A stretch of DNA of 64,000 bases, from contig CBDCMT010000001.1 in NCBI GenBank assembly GCA_965219095.1, forward strand, positions 544,001-608,000. The letters are read 5' to 3'. A model generated the notes under the pieces. It ran no database searches and had not been told where the DNA came from. It saw only the letters and a program-made list of their open reading frames with translations. Each line of letters opens with the position of its first letter. Positions within the stretch are counted from its first letter, which is position 1. Positions 38,588 to 48,307 of the stretch are shown here, one piece after another. The DNA comes from Bdellovibrionales bacterium (GTDB lineage Bacteria; Bdellovibrionota; Bdellovibrionia; Bdellovibrionales; UBA1609). The translations under genes and the position numbers were made by a program.

Positions 38588-40180
38588 CTATGTCTTAGGA
38601 AGGGTGTTTTCTAAATGAACAGTTTGGGTAGGGAAAGCAAAGCTAATTTGTTCTTTATGAGCCAGTTTGAGAATGGACATGAAAATATTTTGCTTTTCTT
38701 TAAGTTCTTCCTCCCAACTCTTTGTGATTAAAAAAAAATAAAGTAAAATGTCTAAACTGTAAGCTCCGTAGTTTGTGAAAACCACATGGCATGAACCCTT
38801 ATAGCTTGAAGGATGGGCTAAAATAAGATCTTTTAGTTTTTTGATAAAAACTTCTAATTTTTCAGGAGGTGTGTCATAGGTGAGTCCAAGGGTTGTTTTT
38901 ATTCTTCTCATCTTTCGTTTACCCATATTATCAATGGGAAGAGAGGCTATCTCAGAATTAGGAACTGTGACAATTGAATCATAAAAGGTACGTACTTTCG
39001 TAGAACGTAATCCTATATCTTCCACAGTTCCTTCTGTAGAACCTGTTTTAATCCAATCTCCTGCTGAAAAAGGATGATCCACTAAGATCATAAGAGAACC
39101 AAAAAAGTTAGCTGCTGTATCTTTAGCCGCTAGGGCTAAAGCTAGACCTCCAATTCCTAAACCTGTAAGGATAGAAAAAATGTTAAGCCCCATATTTTGT
39201 AGTGTCATAAGAGTACCGAAAACGACGACAAAAATTCTCAGGGACTTTAAGAGAAAGGGGTAGAGTTTATCGTCTAATGATGTTTCTGTTTGTGAACTAA
39301 TTTTTTTTAATAAAATACCTAAAATGTTAATTAAATTGTAAGAGGCCCAAATAAGACTGAAACTTAAGGTGAGTTTGATTGCCATGTTTAAGAGAGTGAG
39401 CCATATTCCATCTAGTTGTAGAAGCTCAATACAAAGAAGCCATAACAAACTAGCACTTATCCAAGACAAAGGTTTTTGTAAGTAGTGAAAAATGGTTTTT
39501 CTAAAATTATCTTTTGTTTTAGGACTCCATTTTTCAAAAAATAAAAGTATATTTTGAAAGAAAAAGCGAATAACATTTCCTAATGCAAAAACGAGAAGGA
39601 TGAAAATCCATTTCCACAAAGGAAGGCCTAAAGCACTTTCTTTAGACCATTCAGGTAAATACTGTTGAGCCAAAGGAGGTTTATACAAGGCTCCCTGTCC
39701 TGAGCCTTCTAAGTAGCCTAGATGCTTTACAAGACTATAGAACTCACTAAGACGCCTTATAGTTTCTTTGGAAAAAAGAAACTGCCCTTTTCTATCACCT
39801 TCACTCACTTTTGAAATGTAAATTTCTGTACCCTTTAACCTCCATGAACTTAAATGAGGATCTTCAGGAATCAGATTCAAATTGATTACAATCACCCTGT
39901 CTATGATCTCTTTAAGAAGTATAGCTTTTTGAAACCTTTGAGCATAATCTAGTGGAGGAATGTTAAGAGTTCTGGTAGCTTTTGAAAGGCTTAGCTGAGC
40001 TTGTTCTTTGTTTTTTTGTAGCTTGTACTTTCTGTAGCTATTCATCGCCATTATAAAGGATGTCATAGTATCCCTAGGATGATCCAATTTAACAGGCTCT
40101 AAAGGTGAGCTTTGGGCTGAAAACCCTAAAAAAAGGTTCAAAGAACAAATAAAAATAAGTTTTCTAGCTTGATACAACAT
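38588..40180 (-). CDS. MscS-family mechanosensitive channel (large form with periplasmic N-domain)
   Basis: GLGIGGLALALAAKDT, PFSAGDWI, GTVEDIGLRST, FAFPTQTV. Confidence 0.92.
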   Translation of the reverse strand: MLYQARKLIFICSLNLFLGFSAQSSPLEPVKLDHPRDTMTSFIMAMNSYRKYKLQKNKEQAQLSLSKATRTLNIPPLDYAQRFQKAILLKEIIDRVIVINLNLIPEDPHLSSWRLKGTEIYISKVSEGDRKGQFLFSKETIRRLSEFYSLVKHLGYLEGSGQGALYKPPLAQQYLPEWSKESALGLPLWKWIFILLVFALGNVIRFFFQNILLFFEKWSPKTKDNFRKTIFHYLQKPLSWISASLLWLLCIELLQLDGIWLTLLNMAIKLTLSFSLIWASYNLINILGILLKKISSQTETSLDDKLYPFLLKSLRIFVVVFGTLMTLQNMGLNIFSILTGLGIGGLALALAAKDTAANFFGSLMILVDHPFSAGDWIKTGSTEGTVEDIGLRSTKVRTFYDSIVTVPNSEIASLPIDNMGKRKMRRIKTTLGLTYDTPPEKLEVFIKKLKDLILAHPSSYKGSCHVVFTNYGAYSLDILLYFFLITKSWEEELKEKQNIFMSILKLAHKEQISFAFPTQTVHLENTLPKT

Positions 40181-40555
40181 TTACCAACTAAACATAAAGA
40201 TAAATCCAATGGCTCTAAAAGTAAAGGCTATAAACCCTATTTTTTTATGCCTTTGGTTGATTTTTTGACAGCTGGGCTTTGTTTTTAAACGTAAAACACC
40301 ATAAATGACTGTGGGTATATAAAAAATAACAGCTAGGGTGGAAAAGATGATATGGATTTGTTGGAAGATCTCTGATGAAAATGACAAAGCTGTATCAAGA
40401 GCTCCTCTTTTGAATTCTAAAACTAGTATGATGGCAAAATCAGATAAAATGGCTGAAAGCATAAGAGGAACATGGAAGATTTTTTTCTTTCTTAAAAAAA
40501 GCCCTAAGCACAAAGCTAAGAAATTGAGTATGGCTATACTTTGATAATGGCTCAC
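40181..40555 (-). CDS. small 4-TM membrane protein
   Basis: Hydrophobic ORF with His residues, directly upstream of the MscS gene. Confidence 0.6.
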   Translation of the reverse strand: MSHYQSIAILNFLALCLGLFLRKKKIFHVPLMLSAILSDFAIILVLEFKRGALDTALSFSSEIFQQIHIIFSTLAVIFYIPTVIYGVLRLKTKPSCQKINQRHKKIGFIAFTFRAIGFIFMFSW

Positions 40556-40603
40556 TCAAATCTCTTTTCTTGTAATTTATAATCGTATATTTCCATATAT
40601 TCT

Positions 40604-41284
40604 TTAGCAGTCTCCTTTTTCTCCGTAGAGTGCGTTATAATTTTCATAGGCCTCTACTTGGTAGATCTGCCTTTCTGGAAGAACAAAAGCAGAGAGTTTT
40701 TCTCCATAAACGCAACCTGAGTCAAGTCCTATGGTGTTCGTTCTTTCTAAAAGACCCTGTAAAGACCAGTGGCCGTAGATGACAGGGCGGGTTTCTTCAT
40801 AAAAATCATACCAAGGAGGACAGTCCTTTCTATTAAGGTTTTTCCCTGTTTTGTCCCAAGTACGTATGTTGGTTAAAATATATCTTGGAGTTTTTGAAGG
40901 GTGTGTATAGGGTTTAAGACCTGCATGTACCACAAGAAAATCCTCTTCTTCAATATAAAGAGGGAGATCTGAAAGCCATTTTTCCCATAAGGACAACTGA
41001 TAACTCATATGTTCTTTTAAGCTCCTTAGAGCTTTGTAGTTGAGTTTTGTGTTTTTTTGCAAATGCTCTAAGAACTGAAGCTCATGGTTCCCTAAAACAC
41101 ATTCTGCATTTAGAGATCGAACAAATTCTAGTGTTTTTAAAGAAAAAGGACCTTTATTGATCAGATCACCTACAAAAATAAGGCGTTCTTTTGAACAATA
41201 GTTCAGTTTATCAAGAAGCCTTTTTAATTCGTAAAGACAACCATGTACATCTCCTATAAAAATGGTTCTCATGTCCTTTTCCAT
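40604..41284 (-). CDS. metallophosphoesterase (ApaH/PrpA-like)
   Basis: GDVHG, GDLINKG, GNHE, VHAG, YGHW, LDSGCVYG; the true start may be 41272. Confidence 0.88.
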   Translation of the reverse strand: MEKDMRTIFIGDVHGCLYELKRLLDKLNYCSKERLIFVGDLINKGPFSLKTLEFVRSLNAECVLGNHELQFLEHLQKNTKLNYKALRSLKEHMSYQLSLWEKWLSDLPLYIEEEDFLVVHAGLKPYTHPSKTPRYILTNIRTWDKTGKNLNRKDCPPWYDFYEETRPVIYGHWSLQGLLERTNTIGLDSGCVYGEKLSAFVLPERQIYQVEAYENYNALYGEKGDC

Positions 41285-41348
41285 GAAGAAATTCCAAAAC
41301 TGATTTTTTTATTCCTTCCCTTAAGATGGTTGAAAACAAAGTACATTT

Positions 41349-41891
41349 TTAATTCTTTTTTTCTTTGATTTTACTTAAGTAAAATTTTAGTTCTTCAATG
41401 CTTTCTAAAATATCGTTTTTGGCACGATGGGTTCCTTTTTTTTCTTTGTATTTAATATTTAAAATGGGGGCTAAGACAATTTTAAAGGAACTGACATCAA
41501 GGATGCGGTAGTGAAGGTAAGTAAACCAATTTTTGAAATAACGCCTGATAAAAAGTCTATCGTGGTGAACAGAGTTTCCTGCAAGAATGATCTTCTCTTT
41601 TTTAAAATGTTTTTTTGAAAGTTTGATAAGGTCCTTTTCTACAGTCTTCGGATCAAGGCCATGAGGAATTTCCTCTAATAGTCCCGAAAGGGTGTGTTGG
41701 TTTTTATTCCATTTATCCATATGATCTATATAATGTTGAGCTTGCTTTACTACGGCATGGTAGGAGTCAAGTACCTTGAATTTGTTGTCAGTAACGATAG
41801 CAGCAACTTCAATAATGACTTCTTTTTCTACATCTAGGCCTGTCATTTCTAGGTCAAGCCATAAAAATTTACTGTTTTTTATCTTTGACAC
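41349..41891 (-). CDS. orn: oligoribonuclease
   Basis: WLDLEMTGL, GNSVHHDR, HYRILDVS, HRAKNDILESI. Confidence 0.95.
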   Translation of the reverse strand: MSKIKNSKFLWLDLEMTGLDVEKEVIIEVAAIVTDNKFKVLDSYHAVVKQAQHYIDHMDKWNKNQHTLSGLLEEIPHGLDPKTVEKDLIKLSKKHFKKEKIILAGNSVHHDRLFIRRYFKNWFTYLHYRILDVSSFKIVLAPILNIKYKEKKGTHRAKNDILESIEELKFYLSKIKEKKN

Positions 41892-42730
41892 TAAAAACCT
41901 TGCAGTGGGATTGATGAAAAATATATCATAATATTGACTTCATTCATTTTTAATTAAGAAGACTAATGAAAAAACAAATAAATTTTACTCATGTAATAAC
42001 TTTAAATTTAAAATTTCCTGTTAAACTTATAGTTCCGTCTTTTAAATTTTAAACTAAAAATGAACCTTAAAAACTTCTTTACCTCTCCTCACCCTTACTT
42101 TAGTTTTATCTTAATTTTTGAGATTTTACAACTATTTTAAAAGCTCTAAATGTCTGTATGCTCCATAGGTCTTTCTCTAAAAACCTTTCTTTAGGGGTTC
42201 TGGAGAGTCCTGTCTTTCAATCACTCCATGCTTTTTACCTTCTCTTTTATTAAGAACTTTTCTAGCTCCTCTTTTTTCCTGTTATTTGTCCTCTTGCTTC
42301 ATAAGGGTTTTTTAACAGGATTTTACCTAATTCCCGTCTTTTTCAAAACTAAGAAACTTTTATCTTTTCTTTAGAAAAAACAAAACCTCCTCTTTAAGCT
42401 CTTTAGGGTAATAAAGCGAGACTTCTTGTTTTCATTTTTCTGATTATGATGCTCAACTTTCTCTTTAAAAAATCTAAACCCTCTCCCCATACAGTTTTTT
42501 TTAGAAAAAATTCTTTTGAAAATTATAGCTCTGTATAAGGTGGTTTAAAGACTTAAACTATGGAGTTTTGTTTTTAAGGATAGGCTTGAACATCTCTTAG
42601 AAAGAGAGCAAGAGTTCCATGTTTTCTTTTTCCTATAATCCGTGTAAGACAAATAAAAACATTTTGAAGTACATTTTTTGTCACTTTATGAAAAAAATAC
42701 AAATCCTATAGCTCTTATTTTTTCTCACTT

Positions 42731-42746
42731 TGGCATAGAATTTGCT
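42731..42746 (+). promoter_or_regulatory. sigma-54 (-24/-12) promoter
   Basis: TGGCATAGAATTTGCT = GG-N10-GC. Confidence 0.65.
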
Positions 42747-42777
42747 ACGTAATTTGTATGAGTATTGCTATTTAAGC

Positions 42778-43809
42778 ATGAAAGAAATAAGAAAGAAGCA
42801 AAGAAAAATGAAAAGAAATATATTTCAAAGAAAAATAGTTGAATTTTTTTTAATATCTGTTTTATGCACTTTCCTTTGTTCTTTTGTAAGAATTCAAAAC
42901 AAGGCAGTTTCTCAAAAACTAGAACACCCTTCAAATGTTTATATTTGGTCTATTGAAAAACCTGGATTTAAAACTTCTTATATATTAGGATCTATTCATG
43001 TTAATGTAACTTCAATTATGCCTCCTCAATGGGTGGAAGATAAACTCAGGACAGAAACTCGGCTATTTCTCTTTGAACTCTGTCCTTCAGAATTACTAGA
43101 ATTTGAAAAACAAGAAAAAGAAAAAAAAATATTAAAATTAAGGGATCTTCCTGAAGGTGTGACGTTAGATCATCTTTTATCAGGAAGCTCTTATAAAAAA
43201 TTAGCTAAACTTTTTCTTGAAATCATAAATACTTCTGAAATGAAACTAAAATCCACAAGTCCACTTGGTATTGTTTTATTTCTTATGGAACTATCTTTCT
43301 TGGAGTTTCTTAGAGATAAAGGTCATACATTTTCTGAAAAAAAATATGATGATCATTTGTGCGAAATAGCTAAATCTGAAAATAAAGAAATGTCTGAGTT
43401 AGACAATTTAGATTTATTTTTATTCACATTTTCTCAACTTTTTGATGTAATTTTTTTAGAAAAATTACTTAGAGATATTGACATGGATAAAGTTCAAAAC
43501 ATAGAAGATGTTTTGAAACTAATTAGGAGAAATAATATACTCAATCAAGATAGTAGAGGGTTTGAACTCTTTCATTTAGGTGATCTTGAAAGTATAGAAG
43601 ACTTAATAATTGAAATAAAGCAAGAAGCTTACGAATATTATTATTTGATATTTGAAAATAGAAATCATCTCTGGAAAAAGTTAATCATAGAGGCCTTAGA
43701 GCGGGATTCTTCTTTTATTGTTGTAGGGATTGGTCATCTCGTCGGCCCCCATGGCCTTTTAAAAATTCTTAAAGAAAGGGGGTTTTCTGTTAAGAGGTTG
43801 TATGAATGA
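42778..43809 (+). CDS. TraB/GumN (TIKI) family protein
   Basis: W.IEK..SYILGSIH, RNHLW, FIVVGIGHLVGPHGLL..L..RGF.V; start at 42778 or 42808. Confidence 0.85.
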   Translation: MKEIRKKQRKMKRNIFQRKIVEFFLISVLCTFLCSFVRIQNKAVSQKLEHPSNVYIWSIEKPGFKTSYILGSIHVNVTSIMPPQWVEDKLRTETRLFLFELCPSELLEFEKQEKEKKILKLRDLPEGVTLDHLLSGSSYKKLAKLFLEIINTSEMKLKSTSPLGIVLFLMELSFLEFLRDKGHTFSEKKYDDHLCEIAKSENKEMSELDNLDLFLFTFSQLFDVIFLEKLLRDIDMDKVQNIEDVLKLIRRNNILNQDSRGFELFHLGDLESIEDLIIEIKQEAYEYYYLIFENRNHLWKKLIIEALERDSSFIVVGIGHLVGPHGLLKILKERGFSVKRLYE

Positions 43810-43919
43810 GTCTGTAAACTAGGGGGTATCGTCAATGGATTTAATATGGTAATTGGTACAATCTTAGCTCAAGAAAAGGAGTGAAGGATATCAAGAAGAT
43901 AGAAATTAACAACTTAAAA

Positions 43920-44285
43920 CATGGAAGAAGATAGAGTTTTTACTTCTCGGTCGGAAAAAAGTAGTAAGAGTTAGAAGCAAAAAACAACCGAAAATTTGTT
44001 AACTTAAGTCCTATGGATTTTGGGGGCTGGATCCTCTTGGAGGTCTCTTCCAGAACCTTATAGACACTCAAAGAACGTTAGCTTTCGTTTCATTTGTTGG
44101 GAGAAATCTGGAATTTCTAAAGAAGATTTTTTTCATCTTATAAAAAATTCTAAAAATGAATATCTTTTTATTAATAGCACTATAGTACGAGTTCATCAGC
44201 ATTCTTTTAGTGCATAAAAGAAGGCTTTGGCTTTGAGGCGTTCCAGAGGAGGTTTAAGTGGAAAAATTCATCTTGTATAGATATC
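43920..44285 (+). pseudogene. decayed IS5 (IS427-group) transposase
   Basis: WIL.AGSSWRSLPEPY, INSTIVRVHQH, RSRGGLSGKIHL, with stops and frameshifts. Confidence 0.75.
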
Positions 44286-44465
44286 CATAAAAGTTTAGCT
44301 ACAATTGCATAATTTTCTAGATTGATTATAATGTTGGTATGAGATGAGAACATGCAAGTTACGAAAACATTGACTTTTTTCATGATAGGTCACTCTTAGT
44401 GGGAGCAAGTTTCTGGACTTTAATTCAGAGGCTACAGGCAATAAGAGTGAGTAGTTACAAATTTT

Positions 44466-45987
44466 GGCTCCTCCCGGGAATCTGTGGGTGAAAAGTAGCT
44501 AGAAATCCCCCAAAAAGGCTCATATTAATCAAAGCAAGAGTAAGACATTCTATCTTGTATTTTTGAGTTCTTTGAGGCCCTTACTGGCCTCTATCACCTC
44601 CGGTGATTGAACTCAAAAACATTCATTTTATTTGCTTTTATTTGCTGTGTTACATTAAAATTTTAAAAAAGAAGCACCTACTTCCCAGATGCCTTAAAAT
44701 GTTATTCAAAAAAAAAAAAAAAGGAGGGAAGAGATGCTTTTGAAGACTATACTAAATGATTGTTTAAGATGGAAGTCTTTTGTATACGGAGACATTTATT
44801 TTTCAAAAGATAGAAAGTCAATTAATGTTCCTATTAAGGCTCGTAAAAATGGCCAAGCTTTTTGTAGTGTTTGTAAGAAGCCCTGTTCAGTGTATGACAG
44901 CAGTAAATCATCACGGGACTTTGAATCCCTTCCTATTTTAAGTTACAGGGTGTTTTTTGTTTATTTTGTAAGAAGAGTTAATTGTCCTTGCTGTGGGGTA
45001 AAAGTTGAGTATTTACCTTGGGCCGATGGTAAGAAGAGTTTAACGATCTTTTACATGAAGTATTTAGCAGACTGGTGTCGTCACCTGTCTTGGAAAGAGG
45101 TTTCTTGTAAGTTTCATGTCAGTTGGAATCAGGTCTATGCTTCGGTAGAATGGGTCGTAGAATATGGGTTAAAACAAAGGGTTTTAAAGGGAATACAAGC
45201 TATAGGTGTAGATGAAATACAATGGAAAAAGAACCATCAGTATCTCACCTTAGTCTATGAAATAAGCAAAGAAAGTGTTCGTTTGCTATGGATAGGAGAA
45301 AAAAGAACAGAAAAGAGTTTTAGAAAATTCTTTGATTTACTAGGAGAGAAGTCAAAAGATATACGGTTTGTGTGTTCTGATATGTGGAAGCCTTATTTAA
45401 AAGTCATAAAGGAGAGGGCAAGTGGAGCTTTACACATATTAGATCGGTTTCATATCGTAGCAAGACTCAATAAGGCTTTAGACGAAGTGAGAGCTTCAGA
45501 ACACAAAAAAATGAAAGAAGACGGGTATGAACCCCTTTTAACAAAAGCTAGATGGCCCTTGTTAAAAAATGCAGAAAATTTAAAATCTTATGAGAAAGTA
45601 AAATTAAGGCATTTAATACAGTACAATTTAAAAAGTATCCGCTGTTATCTTTTAAAAGAAGACTTCCGACAGTTATGGACCTATGTTTCACCAACTTGGG
45701 CTGGTAAATTTATAGACAGTTGGACGAAACGAGTCATGCTTTCAAAAATTGAACCTATGAAAAGAGAAGCAAAAACCATACGAAGACATAAGCTACTTAT
45801 TCTTAATTACTTCAAGGCTAAAAAAACCTTCTCCTCAGGGATTGTAGAGGGTTTAAACAACAAAGTAAAACTCACTATGAGAAAATCTTACGGCTTTAGA
45901 ACCTCTAAAGCTATAAAAATCGCCTTATATCATAACCTTGGAAAACTGCCAGAACCTCCGGGAACCCACAGATTCTTTTGAGGAGGC
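44466..45987 (+). mobile_element. complete ISL3-family element
   Basis: 24-bp imperfect IRs GGCTCCTCCCGGGAATCTGTGGGT / GCCTCCTCAAAAGAATCTGTGGGT; 8-bp TSD CAAATTTT; preceded by an IS66 right-end remnant GTGAGTAGTTAC. Confidence 0.95.
44734..45981 (+). CDS. ISL3 transposase
   Basis: Zn finger, IGVDE, CSDMWKPY, LDRFH, EGLNNKVK, SYGFR. Confidence 0.95.
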   Translation: MLLKTILNDCLRWKSFVYGDIYFSKDRKSINVPIKARKNGQAFCSVCKKPCSVYDSSKSSRDFESLPILSYRVFFVYFVRRVNCPCCGVKVEYLPWADGKKSLTIFYMKYLADWCRHLSWKEVSCKFHVSWNQVYASVEWVVEYGLKQRVLKGIQAIGVDEIQWKKNHQYLTLVYEISKESVRLLWIGEKRTEKSFRKFFDLLGEKSKDIRFVCSDMWKPYLKVIKERASGALHILDRFHIVARLNKALDEVRASEHKKMKEDGYEPLLTKARWPLLKNAENLKSYEKVKLRHLIQYNLKSIRCYLLKEDFRQLWTYVSPTWAGKFIDSWTKRVMLSKIEPMKREAKTIRRHKLLILNYFKAKKTFSSGIVEGLNNKVKLTMRKSYGFRTSKAIKIALYHNLGKLPEPPGTHRFF

Positions 45988-45993
45988 CAAATT

Positions 45994-46281
45994 TTAAACT
46001 TTTTTTTGGGAGTTTTTTTTAAGCTCTTCTTCATAAGCTTTAAGAACAGTTTTTTCTATGTGAATTCTCGCCTCTTTTGTAATGGGATGAACTATGTTCT
46101 GAAAACTACCATCTTTTTTTTGCAAAGAAGGCATTGAGAGAAAAAGACCTTTCTGTCCTTCAATGATTTTAATTCTTCTAATAATAAAACAAGATTCGAA
46201 AACAATTGTAGCATAGGCCTTCAATTTACTATCTTGACTCTTTTGCGGGATGAAAATAGACGTTTCTGATATGTTAAGCAT
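45994..46281 (-). CDS. spoVG: SpoVG family nucleic-acid binding protein
   Basis: LKAYATI.F, IKIIEG..GLFLSMPS, F.NIVHPI..EAR. Confidence 0.9.
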   Translation of the reverse strand: MLNISETSIFIPQKSQDSKLKAYATIVFESCFIIRRIKIIEGQKGLFLSMPSLQKKDGSFQNIVHPITKEARIHIEKTVLKAYEEELKKNSQKKV

Positions 46282-46680
46282 TAGGACCTCCCTATAGTTA
46301 TTATAAAAGATTTTTTCAAAAAAAATAAGAGAATGTTAATTTTTGAGAAAAAGACTTTTTTTACATTTTAAACATCTTTTTTGAAGTCATAAAAAAGATG
46401 TTTAAAATTAGGAATTAGATAAGGTGAAGGGCTTTGCCTAATAATTCATCTTAATATGGTTTTAAATGATTTGAGATTTTTTCCTTTTCAAATCAAATTA
46501 AATTGACTTTGAGGTATTTATTCAACAAAGCTGGCTTGAAGTTTAAAGTTTTTTTAAAAAAGAAAGATGTTTCAAAAGAATACATACTCATATGGATGAC
46601 TAGCTTTTTTAAACGAGGGATTTTCGCACTAAGACAAAGCTAGCAAAACCCTCTCTTAAGGGGTAGGCTTTAAGAGATTT

Positions 46681-47208
46681 ATGGAAGAGTCAAAAGTTTT
46701 GATTTTAAGCCTCTTAGAGGTTTTAAAAGAGTTAGAAAAACTTCTTACTTCCCTTTCTAAAAAGGATTATATTTTAGAGAATTCTTCATCCTCCATAGGG
46801 GCTCATGTACGTCACTGTATAGAGCATGTAGAGGAGTTTCTCAAAGGTTGTCAAACAGGGAGAATCAACTATGATAAAAGAAAAAGAGACAAAGCCCTTG
46901 AGACCTCTTCTTCTTTAGCTCTAGAAAAAGTCCAAACCCTCAAAAAAAAGTTAAAAAATTTACAGAAATCTAATTCTTTTAAGAAGAAAGATTTGGTCTT
47001 AGATTTCATTCTACATGAAAAGGAGCAATTTCGTTATTTGTCTTGTCCATCAAATCTTTCAAGGGAGTTATTGTTTCTATTTCAGCACACACTCCACCAC
47101 CTTGCTCTTTTGGATCTCATGCTAAAAGAGCGTAAAATTGATATATTTCTTTTATCACAAGCTCCTTCTACTTTAGCTTATAGAAGACCAATTTTTCTTG
47201 CTAAATAA
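46681..47208 (+). CDS. DinB-family metalloprotein
   Basis: SIGAHVRHCIE, INYDKRKRD, REL.FL..HTLHHLAL, APST. Confidence 0.85.
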   Translation: MEESKVLILSLLEVLKELEKLLTSLSKKDYILENSSSSIGAHVRHCIEHVEEFLKGCQTGRINYDKRKRDKALETSSSLALEKVQTLKKKLKNLQKSNSFKKKDLVLDFILHEKEQFRYLSCPSNLSRELLFLFQHTLHHLALLDLMLKERKIDIFLLSQAPSTLAYRRPIFLAK

Positions 47209-47210
47209 AA

Positions 47211-47993
47211 ATGTGTACTTTGGCTATTTTATCAGATAAAAGATCAAGCCTCATTGCCATGAACAGAGATGAAGCTTATGAGAGGCCTAGTACAAAAAAT
47301 ATTGTTATTAAAAGAGCTTTTCAAAAAGAGTTTTTAAAAGCAAGTATGAGTCAAAAGGATTTTCATAAGCCTTATGTTTTTACTTATCCTGAAGATGAGC
47401 TTAAAAAAGGAACTTGGATAGGAGTAACAACTCATAAGATGGTTATTTGTGTTTTAAATAACTACAAAAAGGCTTATAACACTCAAAAAGCAGACTTTTT
47501 TTCTAGGGGAGAACTTCCTCTCCTTTTATCGGAAGAAGCGTCTTTATCGGATTCAGAAGAGAGGCTAAAGAGTTTAGATCTTAGCCATTATAAACCTTTT
47601 TATCTTGTTTTGTTTCACTATAAGGAAGGGTTTAGGCAATTTGTTTTTGATGGAAAGGACTTTGTGGTGATAAAAAAAAGTTTTAAAAGTTTTTTTCTTA
47701 CTACATCAAGATATAGCCAGGATATTCATTCTTTTCGTTATAAGATGTTTGAGTCCGTTTTAAAAGCCCCTAAAAATAACCAAAAACTTGAACTTAGAAG
47801 AGCTTTCTTCCAGAAATTTCAAGAAGATAAAACAAAAGGGATCTCTATGGAGGGTTCTCATTCAGGGACTAAAAGCTATACTGAGATTCTTATAGAAGAT
47901 TCTTCTGTGATGTTCTCCTATTATAACTTTCCTCCTTCTCATTATTCAGAAAGAGAGTTTTTTAAACGTGCGTCTTTTGTGCATTTGCTTTAA
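47211..47993 (+). CDS. NRDE / TANGO2 family protein
   Basis: Starts MCTL; NRDE motif, GTWIG, SRG.LP, YKPFYL. Confidence 0.88.
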   Translation: MCTLAILSDKRSSLIAMNRDEAYERPSTKNIVIKRAFQKEFLKASMSQKDFHKPYVFTYPEDELKKGTWIGVTTHKMVICVLNNYKKAYNTQKADFFSRGELPLLLSEEASLSDSEERLKSLDLSHYKPFYLVLFHYKEGFRQFVFDGKDFVVIKKSFKSFFLTTSRYSQDIHSFRYKMFESVLKAPKNNQKLELRRAFFQKFQEDKTKGISMEGSHSGTKSYTEILIEDSSVMFSYYNFPPSHYSEREFFKRASFVHLL

Positions 47994-47995
47994 TA

Positions 47996-48104
47996 GAGAA
48001 AATCTTACGGCTTTAGAACCTCTAAAGCTATAAAAATCGCCTTATATCATAATCTTGGAAAACTGCCAGAACCTCCGGGAACCCACAGATTCTTTTGAGG
48101 AGGC
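47996..48104 (+). mobile_element. ISL3 right-end remnant (109 bp)
   Basis: Matches 45879-45987 with one mismatch. Confidence 0.9.
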
Positions 48105-48307
48105 AAACTTTTAAGCATATGCTAAAGATATTCTCTCATAAAGGAAATTTAATTTTTACTTCTTTCATAGATTTAGGGGGTTTTCATGGAAATGGGGCTT
48201 ATTTTATAGAAATTGAAGTTGAAAAAAATCCTTTATTTAAGTTAAAGAAAGGTTCAAAAACACTTTGGCTTCAAGGAAGTATTTATTTGAAACCAAATTT
48301 TAAAAAT

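Noticed and set aside
42050..42620. Decayed minus-strand gene between orn and the TraB/GumN gene
   Set aside because: Purine-biased and coding-like but broken by many stops; no family can be supported.
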